Source of the DNA: an uncultured Methanosarcinales archaeon
GTDB taxonomy: Archaea > Nanobdellota > Nanobdellia > Woesearchaeales > CAZYIM01
Reading direction: 5' to 3'
NCBI GenBank assembly: GCA_964647565.1
Contig: CAZYIM010000037.1
Span: 1 to 19,287, forward strand
Length of the DNA: 19,287 nt
Positions 1 to 7,736 of this stretch are shown here, piece by piece. Under the pieces are notes generated by a model that searched no databases, was not told where the DNA came from, and saw only the letters and a list, made by a program, of their open reading frames with translations. The translations under genes were made by a program, and so were the position numbers. Positions within the stretch are counted from its first letter, which is position 1. Each line of letters starts with the position of its first letter.

Positions 1-6
1 ACTGGA

Positions 7-2394
7 ATGCATGTTGCAAAATGGATCTGGTGCTATGATAAGTATCATTCTAAACGGACAGAGTGGGGAAATGAATTTCAGGACCAGAAGGTTGATCTTC
101 GGCCTAAAGACAAGACAGATTTCGAGACCCTAAAGGAGCTGATAGTTGAGCATCAATATCAAATGGATTATTGGCGAAAGTCTGAGGTCAAGCCATTTAA
201 GGGCCAGATTGATGACATCTGTCAATATCTTAATCAGACAGGAGAATCTTCTGTTCCCTTTGATTTTGGAGTACTTTATGAGGATTTTGTTAAGGATATC
301 GGCAAATTCACATTTATTGATATGACCAATGGTTACAAAAAGTTCTGGCATGATGCTTTGAGGATCAGCCAGGATGACAAAAGTATAATTGAGATCGATC
401 TTTGGACTGGCAAGGCTCGTGTCTTTGAAGGTCCTGAAAGGGATGATGTCCAAGAGATTGCTGAAAAATTGGTTGCTAAATACAGAAAGCATATTTCTAA
501 AGGCACAAAAGACCTATTAGAACAAACCAAGAGAGAAAGAATTACATGGCTGGAAACTCAGAGTAAACAGGTGGGATTCTGGGGGCCTGGAAGGCCTGCA
601 TGGGGAACTGAGTTCAAGAGATCATTTGATGATTATACAATCAAAAAAGAAAGTGATTTTCAAAAGATTGGAGATTATGTCTCTGATCTGGAAACTAAAT
701 TAGAATTATGGAGACGTTCTGATGCTTTATCATTACAAGCAAAATCAACAGATATTGTCCAGCATCTTAGACAAATCTGTAGTAAGGATGATAGGGTTTT
801 TGGTTCGGTCTATCAAGAGGTTGTTCAGGACATCGGAGTATTTGCTCTGCTTGATATTAAACAAGGCTTTGAGCAATATTGGTTTGATGCTTTACGCATA
901 AGCCAGACAGATGTTGGCTCATTGGATATTGATCTTTTTACAGGTCATGCAAGACCATATCTTACAGAAGGTATGCAAGACGCACAGAAACATGCTGAGA
1001 AGTTTGTTGATGAATATAGATCCCGGATAATTACTAGGCTTGAGCAACTGTTAGAGGGTGCGCGGATAAAGGAGCAGTTCGAAAAGATTAGTGTTGCTGG
1101 AAGGCCTGAATGGGGAGCTGAGATGAAACATCCTGGAGTTGGTTTTTCAATTCCTAAACGGTCTGATTATTCAACGCATGCTGCGTTTGCAAAAGATGCT
1201 AAAATAATTATCAAGCTTTGGGCAGATGCAGAGAAAAAATCACTGCCCGAGCAACTGCAATATATTGCAGAGTTCCTTGTCATGACACAGTCCATTGACA
1301 GGAAAGAGGGTGCTGCGGATATCTATACGAGTGGAATCCCGGGCGAATTTGCACTTGAGGTCATGGACTTCCCGGAAAAATCAGGATTCGGACTTCTTGA
1401 CAGGATAAGATTGAGTATTCTTACACTTGATGCTCATATTGACGTTGACTTTGTAACAGGCAAGGGCCTTTACTTTGGTAAGAAGGAAGATGCTGAAATC
1501 CAGGAGATCATCGGACAGAAGATTACAGGATATATGGCTGCAAAAAAGGCAGAACTGAAAAAGAGCCTTGATGCATCCAAGAAAAAAGAAGATGAAAGAG
1601 CTCGAAGGTTGAGGGCAAGACCAACAAGACCTAAATCTAAACCTAAGTCAGTCTTGCCTAAGTTCAAGCCGAAAAAACGAAGCACGCCAGTTGATCCTGG
1701 TGCTGTAACCCGGTACTGTGTAATGGTCAGCGGACATACAGAATACAGGCACAAAGAGAATCTTAGGGATGTCTTTAATGTAGTCACCAGGGAAGGCTAT
1801 TTGCTTGATGATGTCTATATCCTGAATTCAGGCACCAACACACCTCAGAATGTAAAAGAGGCCTATAACAAGGCAGGATTGAACAGGAATAACCGGACGA
1901 ATGCTAATGAAGCAGATGTCTATGCTGTTCTTGAAGAGATTAAATCAAGGATTGATTCTAACGATATATTGTTCTTCTATGCGACAAATCATGGAGGTCG
2001 TTCAGGAAGAGAGTCCTATATCTGTTTTACAGGTGATATATACGAGCATGAGCTCGAAGAGAAAATGGAGGACTTGTATAAGCGGCTTGTAGATGGCTAC
2101 ATCATCCAGTTTCATGATCAGTGCTACAGCGGTGGTTTTCCAGAACGTTTCAAACGAGGTCATCACATAGGTTTTGCAGCCTCTAAACCTGGCAAATCAA
2201 GTGTTAATCGTGGCTTTCCAAAAGCATGGACAGAGGCTTATTTGGTTGCAAGAGACAAAGCTGACAAGGATGGCAATGGAATCATAACCCTCAAAGAAGC
2301 ATATGACTATGCAGTCAAGCATGATGATAACAAATCTAGCAACACTCCTATCTGGGTGCCTGGACCCAAATATAAACCAGGGAGGACCCTATAA
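7..2394 (+). CDS. Repeat-containing protein with C-terminal clan CD cysteine peptidase (caspase/peptidase C13 legumain-like) domain; probably 5'-partial
   Basis: 795 aa ORF whose frame is open back to position 1, so the true start may lie upstream. The C-terminal ~225 aa has the clan CD layout: strand YCVMVSG, ILFFYATNHGG (His codon 1990-1992, H662) and IIQFHDQCYSGGF (Cys codon 2122-2124, C706), a 44-residue His-Cys spacing. It also contains DKDGNGIITLKEAYDYA near the end. Confidence 0.85.
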   Translation: MHVAKWIWCYDKYHSKRTEWGNEFQDQKVDLRPKDKTDFETLKELIVEHQYQMDYWRKSEVKPFKGQIDDICQYLNQTGESSVPFDFGVLYEDFVKDIGKFTFIDMTNGYKKFWHDALRISQDDKSIIEIDLWTGKARVFEGPERDDVQEIAEKLVAKYRKHISKGTKDLLEQTKRERITWLETQSKQVGFWGPGRPAWGTEFKRSFDDYTIKKESDFQKIGDYVSDLETKLELWRRSDALSLQAKSTDIVQHLRQICSKDDRVFGSVYQEVVQDIGVFALLDIKQGFEQYWFDALRISQTDVGSLDIDLFTGHARPYLTEGMQDAQKHAEKFVDEYRSRIITRLEQLLEGARIKEQFEKISVAGRPEWGAEMKHPGVGFSIPKRSDYSTHAAFAKDAKIIIKLWADAEKKSLPEQLQYIAEFLVMTQSIDRKEGAADIYTSGIPGEFALEVMDFPEKSGFGLLDRIRLSILTLDAHIDVDFVTGKGLYFGKKEDAEIQEIIGQKITGYMAAKKAELKKSLDASKKKEDERARRLRARPTRPKSKPKSVLPKFKPKKRSTPVDPGAVTRYCVMVSGHTEYRHKENLRDVFNVVTREGYLLDDVYILNSGTNTPQNVKEAYNKAGLNRNNRTNANEADVYAVLEEIKSRIDSNDILFFYATNHGGRSGRESYICFTGDIYEHELEEKMEDLYKRLVDGYIIQFHDQCYSGGFPERFKRGHHIGFAASKPGKSSVNRGFPKAWTEAYLVARDKADKDGNGIITLKEAYDYAVKHDDNKSSNTPIWVPGPKYKPGRTL
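55..1590 (+). repeat. Three tandem ~170-180 aa protein repeats in gene 1 (units start at 55, 592 and 1102)
   Basis: Units start RTEWGNEF / RPAWGTEF / RPEWGAEM. They share K..DF/SDY, W(R/A)..E/D, D(I)G.F / PGEF, DALRISQ / DRIRLSI and IDL(W/F)TG / VDFVTG. Units 2 and 3 begin with the DNA ctggaaggcctg(c/a)atgggga. The end of unit 3 is approximate. Confidence 0.85.
2263..2298 (+). other. EF-hand-like Ca2+-binding loop (DKDGNGIITLKE) in the peptidase domain
   Basis: Matches the canonical 12-residue loop with D1, D3, N5, G6, I8, T9 and E12. Confidence 0.6.
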
Positions 2395-2418
2395 TGAATC
2401 ATACTCACCTCGGTTTGA

Positions 2419-2459
2419 GTAGGGGCCCTGCAAATGCAGGTCCCTTACCTTTTATTTTT
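2419..2459 (+). terminator. Intrinsic-terminator-like hairpin downstream of gene 1
   Basis: GTAGGGG-c-CCTGC-aaat-GCAGG-t-CCCTTAC forms a 12 bp stem (one G-U pair) interrupted by one mismatch. It is followed by CTTTTATTTTT and starts about 25 nt after the gene 1 stop. Confidence 0.6.
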
Positions 2460-2479
2460 AAAAAAAGAGTTGAACAAGA

Positions 2480-5400
2480 ATGAAAATCAAGAATAGAACA
2501 ATAAGAAACACAGTATTGGGCGGGTTGACTGCACTCCTGTTGGGAAGTGGAGTAGCAAACGGCCAGTCAGGTAAGTTTGTTTCGTTAGAATCACCACCAG
2601 AGATTGCTGACAGCATTAAAGAGAGCATCAGCTTACAGGACCCGATTCCCAGAGGAATGAGTCGGGCCCTATATACGCAATGGAAATCTGGCGTGGAGAC
2701 CATTATTGAGAAAAAGGCAATGATGGAAGTCTATAGGACAAGCGATGATGAAAGTTACAATAAGTACTACAATCAACAATTGCCTGCATATGCAGAAGAG
2801 TTCAAGCAGTTCATGAGTTTCATGGATCATAACAAGCTTTGGCCTCATGAAAAGAATCCTTGGTATTTCAAGTTTGAGAATGCAAAATTGGAATATGTCA
2901 GGGACATGACACCTATGAAAAGCAGTGCAATTGCATATCATGAGAGAGTCATTGCAGAGGCAGATAAAGTATTTGCCAAGATGCATGCAAAAGAAGAACT
3001 GACCAGGCAGGAAAAGGCAGTTTCTACTCACAAATTCGACTATGCAGGGGCTGCATACAGGCTATCAAGCATGTACAGCATTATAGGTGCATTTGATAAA
3101 TTTACAAGCAATAAAGCTTTATCAGTTGCAATCAAGGGCTTGAAGAGGATACAATCAGGTAAAAAGACACTTTTAGAGCAGGCCTTGCGTATCAAGATAG
3201 CAAATATTCTTCATGTTGGTGGCAGGTTTGATGAAGGTATCAAATACCTTCAATATGTGCATACAATTGATACAGACAATTATTCTGAAAACAGGCAGGA
3301 TTTTGAGTTGAACATGACCCGGGCATATGAAACCTTGGGAAATCTACATGATTCAAAAGGAGAGAATGATGATGCCCTGCTTGCATATAATAATGCATTA
3401 AATTTTACTAACCCCCAAAGAGCAAGTTGGTCATCACTTAAGACCAATCTTGCAAGGGTGTATTCAAAAGAAGGCAATCGTGTGGAGCTTGATTCGATTG
3501 TTGATGAGATTGAACAGAACTCTCCTAAAAACCTTATATCGACATACTTGATTGTGGGTAATGAATTTTATAGTAACAAGAATTTTGAGTCTGCTTCTGA
3601 ATTCTTTTTAAAAGCGTTTTCCAGTGCCAAATTTGACGCGAGGGACAAAACAGAAGCTATAACCAATCTTATAAGATCCTATGGAGAGATGGGCAGGCCT
3701 GACTTTATTTTGGAGCTTATGAGGACTGCCAAAAAGGATCCTATAGTTTTTAATAATGATGAAGTCATGCATACTTACTGTAAAACCCTTGTTGATGTCG
3801 GTACAGAGATGCGTGCACAATATCTTTCTGAAAAAGAATGGAAACCCTACTTTGAGGAAGCAGAAGGTATTTTGAAGAAAAGATCCTTTGGAAAAACCCT
3901 GGTCAAAGACAGCTATGCAACCAAGTCTGTATTGATTTTAGGTGACCTATATATAGGTAAGCGTGATTGGAAAAAAGCAATAAAAGCATTTGAATCTGTG
4001 TTAGCCAGTAATCAGGCACATATTAAGGAGCCTAAGATCCGGCAGCAGTATCCTGGTGCAAGATATACTTCTAACCTGGTGGCTTTAGCAGAGATTGGTC
4101 TTGGTTCTGTAGCTCACAGAAAGGGCGATAAGCATTTTGATGAAGCAGCCAAACATTACAAACATGTTATCCAGAACTATTCATCTGAGCCTGACAAGAC
4201 CTTAAGCACACATCAGAATCATCAGGCTCTTGAAGCAGGTATTGAATCAATGTTGCGAATCGGTAGAAGACATAGACAGATCGGTCTATATCATAGAGAA
4301 AAAGAGAAGGGAGATAAGGCTCAAAAGAGCCTCAATTCTGCATTTGAAGTTTATAATTGGATATTTGAACAGGGCAATCTATCTGTAGACTTAAGATCTA
4401 CTGCAGAGTTTGAGATGGCTAATGTGAATTATTTCAGAGGCGCCAGGCAAAATTTTATTGACGCCCTTGCTATCTTTGACAGGCTTCGAAAAGATGATTC
4501 AAGCATCCAACAAGACAAGGCCTCGATCATGGCAGGTATGTGTTATTACAAGTTGGGATTCTTAGATGAAGCAATGGATATCTGGGAAGATATGTTCTCA
4601 AGTCATGTGTTCCAAAAAGATTTGTTTGAGTTCCTGACAGCAGAAAATCATATTCACAACATCACAGAGTTTTCTGAAAAGCTCTATAACAAAGGTACCA
4701 AGAACAGAGCCATAGGCCTGCTCGAGGGCCTGCGTGATGTCATTAATCAAGGTAGCATTGTTAGTGCAGATAGGCCAGGGTTATTATACACCCTGGCCAA
4801 CTGCTATATGACGCTGAAGCCTGATGAGATGCCCAAGCAAGAGAGATGGGACAAGGCAGGCATTGTTATTGATGAATATTTTGCTGATAGATACTCTACC
4901 CTGAATCCTTGGATATATATCAAGACCGAAGGCTTGCAGATAGATCTCTTGTTTGAAAAAGGTGAATTGACAAGAGCAGATCTAGACCGGGCAATAACAC
5001 ATCTTGAAAATCCTGAGATGGGTAAGGGAGAGGTCAAGGATTTTTTCAAGAAGACTTCACTTTTCAAATCCCAGGGAATGTCTTTCAAGGACCAGACCCG
5101 CCATAGGCTTGCCAGCTTGTATAACAAGAGAGGTTACCTGAACTTTTTGGATAACAGATTCTTTGCTGCTATTGATGACTACAATACAGTCTTCAAGAGA
5201 TATAAGGATATCAAGGAATACGCATCCAGTGCGCTCTATGATATCGGCATTACATATGTAGAGATGGATGAGGTTGATAAGGCTATCAATAACGGTTTTA
5301 AGAAACTGCTTGAATTCTATCCAGAGACTGATATTGCAGAGGCAGGATTTGATAAGATATATTCAATGGCATTATATTCAACGTCAGAGAAGCTGAAGAG

Positions 5401-6142
5401 ATGGAGAAAGGTCACTGAGGATCTTTACGAATACACACTCGAGGCCAGACCTGCGTGGGCTTCAGCATTCGGACAACTGATGTTTGATCTTTCTGAAAGG
5501 AATATCTTGACTGAGAACCGTGCCATATTAAAAGAGGTAAGGTACGGGTTCAAATGGATCACTGAGCAAGACGCAGTCAAGGATAGTGCTGTGGTTGTTG
5601 CGAAAAATCTCCAGGACCAGTCAAGAGTCTTGCTAGGAGATGCATATCTTCATGATGATGATTTAAGAGATGGTTCTGCCTATAGGATTGAAGGTATCCG
5701 GTTGTTCCCTAAGACAGGAGGTAATACTAAGAAAGCCATCAAGGCATATTCTCAGATTGTTGATGATCCTGAAAGCAGCTATTTCGGAGCTTCCCTTTCT
5801 AAATTAGTCAGGGCCCATTTTCTGAAGGGAGATTTCAAGAAGGCCAGAAAGAGAAGCTATATCGACATGATGGATGAGAGTAAACGGGTAAATACGACTC
5901 TTGAGCAGTATGTTGCAAGGAGATTGTATACGATCATGACATATCATGCAATGGGTGACAAGGAGACTGTTGCAGGTGAGTTGAGAAACTTGCTTGAAGA
6001 GACCAAAGGATTAGATCTTGATGCTTACATGACCCGTAAGATCGGAGAGATAAGAAATGAGGTCAAGGCATTGAATCGGTTGGAGAAAATGAATCTCAAG
6101 ACTGATCCATTATATTTTGAAAAACACAAAAAAGGTGCGTAA
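2480..6142 (+). CDS. Large secreted or periplasmic tetratricopeptide-repeat (TPR) protein
   Basis: 1220 aa. The N-terminus MKIKNRTIRNTVLGGLTALLLGSGVANG|Q has a basic n-region, a hydrophobic h-region and a small-residue cleavage site, with no lipobox Cys. Many TPR units follow, e.g. AYETLGNLHDSKGENDDALLAYNNAL, VLILGDLYIGKRDWKKAIKAFESVL, ASIMAGMCYYKLGFLDEAMDIWE and ALYDIGITYVEMDEVDKAINNGFKKLLEFYPET. Confidence 0.88.
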   Translation: MKIKNRTIRNTVLGGLTALLLGSGVANGQSGKFVSLESPPEIADSIKESISLQDPIPRGMSRALYTQWKSGVETIIEKKAMMEVYRTSDDESYNKYYNQQLPAYAEEFKQFMSFMDHNKLWPHEKNPWYFKFENAKLEYVRDMTPMKSSAIAYHERVIAEADKVFAKMHAKEELTRQEKAVSTHKFDYAGAAYRLSSMYSIIGAFDKFTSNKALSVAIKGLKRIQSGKKTLLEQALRIKIANILHVGGRFDEGIKYLQYVHTIDTDNYSENRQDFELNMTRAYETLGNLHDSKGENDDALLAYNNALNFTNPQRASWSSLKTNLARVYSKEGNRVELDSIVDEIEQNSPKNLISTYLIVGNEFYSNKNFESASEFFLKAFSSAKFDARDKTEAITNLIRSYGEMGRPDFILELMRTAKKDPIVFNNDEVMHTYCKTLVDVGTEMRAQYLSEKEWKPYFEEAEGILKKRSFGKTLVKDSYATKSVLILGDLYIGKRDWKKAIKAFESVLASNQAHIKEPKIRQQYPGARYTSNLVALAEIGLGSVAHRKGDKHFDEAAKHYKHVIQNYSSEPDKTLSTHQNHQALEAGIESMLRIGRRHRQIGLYHREKEKGDKAQKSLNSAFEVYNWIFEQGNLSVDLRSTAEFEMANVNYFRGARQNFIDALAIFDRLRKDDSSIQQDKASIMAGMCYYKLGFLDEAMDIWEDMFSSHVFQKDLFEFLTAENHIHNITEFSEKLYNKGTKNRAIGLLEGLRDVINQGSIVSADRPGLLYTLANCYMTLKPDEMPKQERWDKAGIVIDEYFADRYSTLNPWIYIKTEGLQIDLLFEKGELTRADLDRAITHLENPEMGKGEVKDFFKKTSLFKSQGMSFKDQTRHRLASLYNKRGYLNFLDNRFFAAIDDYNTVFKRYKDIKEYASSALYDIGITYVEMDEVDKAINNGFKKLLEFYPETDIAEAGFDKIYSMALYSTSEKLKRWRKVTEDLYEYTLEARPAWASAFGQLMFDLSERNILTENRAILKEVRYGFKWITEQDAVKDSAVVVAKNLQDQSRVLLGDAYLHDDDLRDGSAYRIEGIRLFPKTGGNTKKAIKAYSQIVDDPESSYFGASLSKLVRAHFLKGDFKKARKRSYIDMMDESKRVNTTLEQYVARRLYTIMTYHAMGDKETVAGELRNLLEETKGLDLDAYMTRKIGEIRNEVKALNRLEKMNLKTDPLYFEKHKKGA

Positions 6143-6146
6143 TAAA

Positions 6147-7736
6147 ATGAACTTAAGTCCACAACAACAGGCAGCCGCAATGTTTGCAGATGCACAGGCT
6201 GCTGAGGTTAGAACACTAGATAATCTTACAACGCATAATGTGCCTGCAGGATTGAGGTTTAGCACTGACCTGGATTCTCTTGTGCGGGTAGCTAACTTAC
6301 AATATAAGAATGGCCAGTTTGATCAGGTCAAGTCGACTGCAAGGATTTTGATAGATGAAGCCAGCAAGCAGACTGATCCCTTGATGAAGATTGCTGGCGA
6401 GTATCATGAGTTAAGGGCTAATGATGAGCTTGGAACCATGAATATGGCTCATATTGATAGGATTTTGGAGCATAAGGAATTGATAGGTGATGATAGCAAT
6501 CTTGGTGAGATATATTTCAGGGTTTCAAGATTCAAGTATAAGCAAGGAGATATAAGAGCTGCTAAGAAATTTCTGAAGAAGGCAAAAAAATCTCAAAGTG
6601 ATCCTTTCTGGACTATGGAGATTGCTGACTTTGATAAAGAGCTCAACCCTCCAAAAAAAAGGTTCAACATTGTCAAATACATGACAGGATACAAGATGAG
6701 ATCCTTCAATAAGATAGAGGAACAGTTGGAGAAGGTCAACTTGGATATTGGAGCTCTACATTCTGGTTCTGAAGATAAGATTGGAGGTTCCTTACTTGGA
6801 GTTGCAGGCAAGTTTGACAGACACTCAGCCTTTATGGGATATTTTAATGGTCTTAAAGCACTTAATGTATTAACGATAGGCCATGATTTCTTCAGGGATT
6901 TCATGCACGAAATAGATTTGGACCTAACACAGGAACTTTATGAAACGAATGGAAATTATCCAGGCGGAGCAGTGTCTATTAATGATTTTAAATTTATTGG
7001 GCGACAGAAGATTGGAAGATTCTACTTGGAAGGTGGAATTCACAATTACGACGCATACCCTAATGTACTTAATAGCATGCTTGAGTACACGCAGAATCAA
7101 GATGGAAGCTGGAATTTAAAAGAGTATCATACTGATTGCAAAGGCACTATTCGCCTTATAGAAGAAATTCACTCAAACATAGAAAATAATGCTGAGAGAT
7201 CTGGTCAGCGAAGGGCCTGGTTAGAAGGTAATGGTGCAGATTTATGTTATTCTTACGGTGCAGGCATCCACAATATTATCCTTAATAAGAAGCTGGGCTT
7301 TGGAATAAACTATCTTGGGGTGTCTGTCAAAACCCATGATGATGGAATCAATATCAGTGCTGCAGGCTTTGATGGTAATAATACTTTTGATGTGGATCTA
7401 TTTGATATGGATTCAGGAATAAGATCCAAGACAGTTTCGATAAATGGTGAGCTGGATATAGTCAACAAACCATATGTTTCTTTGGCACTTCTTGGAAAAA
7501 TACCTTTATCATCAGACTTAGAGGTATATGGTCTTGAAGTAATGCAGGACCTTTACAAGAATTACAATATCGATCAAACATTAGGTATTGATGTGCAAGG
7601 AAGGATTCCGCTCCCTTCGAAAATGCGCCTGAACCTTAGTGCAACATACTTAGTAGAGCGAAACTTGCATGGAGCTGTTAAACCTAAGTTCCTGGTTAGA
7701 GCAGGTATAGGTTTTATTCTGGGGGAATTATGGTGA
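6147..7736 (+). CDS. Array paralogue P1: conserved leader + short TPR-like module + beta-rich (putative beta-barrel) domain, 529 aa
   Basis: I moved the start from TTG 6117 to ATG 6147, because AAGGTG lies at 6132-6137 and MNLSPQQQ aligns with the other paralogue starts. The protein ends FLVRAGIGFILGELW. Confidence 0.85.
   Translation: MNLSPQQQAAAMFADAQAAEVRTLDNLTTHNVPAGLRFSTDLDSLVRVANLQYKNGQFDQVKSTARILIDEASKQTDPLMKIAGEYHELRANDELGTMNMAHIDRILEHKELIGDDSNLGEIYFRVSRFKYKQGDIRAAKKFLKKAKKSQSDPFWTMEIADFDKELNPPKKRFNIVKYMTGYKMRSFNKIEEQLEKVNLDIGALHSGSEDKIGGSLLGVAGKFDRHSAFMGYFNGLKALNVLTIGHDFFRDFMHEIDLDLTQELYETNGNYPGGAVSINDFKFIGRQKIGRFYLEGGIHNYDAYPNVLNSMLEYTQNQDGSWNLKEYHTDCKGTIRLIEEIHSNIENNAERSGQRRAWLEGNGADLCYSYGAGIHNIILNKKLGFGINYLGVSVKTHDDGINISAAGFDGNNTFDVDLFDMDSGIRSKTVSINGELDIVNKPYVSLALLGKIPLSSDLEVYGLEVMQDLYKNYNIDQTLGIDVQGRIPLPSKMRLNLSATYLVERNLHGAVKPKFLVRAGIGFILGELW
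6159..6254 (+). repeat. 96-nt leader-encoding direct repeat, copy 1 (P1)
   Basis: Encodes PQQQAAAMFADAQAAEVRTLDNLTTHNVPAGL, the most diverged first half among the copies. Confidence 0.9.
6354..6635 (+). repeat. ~280-nt near-identical block in the P1 TPR module (copy A)
   Basis: Ungapped match to 11927-12208 (offset 5573), including perfect runs 6381-6454 (74 nt) and 6524-6574 (51 nt). Confidence 0.92.

Noticed and set aside
2451..2466. TTTTTAAAAAAA as an archaeal TATA box or phase-variable tract
   Set aside because: There is no purine-rich BRE upstream, the runs are short, and the T-run is already explained as the terminator tail.
2480..6142. Naming gene 2 bamD or cpoB
   Set aside because: It is far larger than either and has no lipobox. 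The similarity is limited to a generic TPR pattern.
7..6142. TPR-CHAT/Craspase or gasdermin-type defence system
   Set aside because: The protease motifs look C13/caspase-like rather than CHAT, the TPR protein is separate and carries a signal peptide, and no gasdermin, Cas7-11 or NLR ATPase motifs are recognisable.
6117..6146. ORF-track starts at TTG 6117 (P1) and ATG 11705 (P4)
   Set aside because: The downstream ATGs at 6147 and 11720 have SD-like motifs at proper spacing and align with the family N-terminus.
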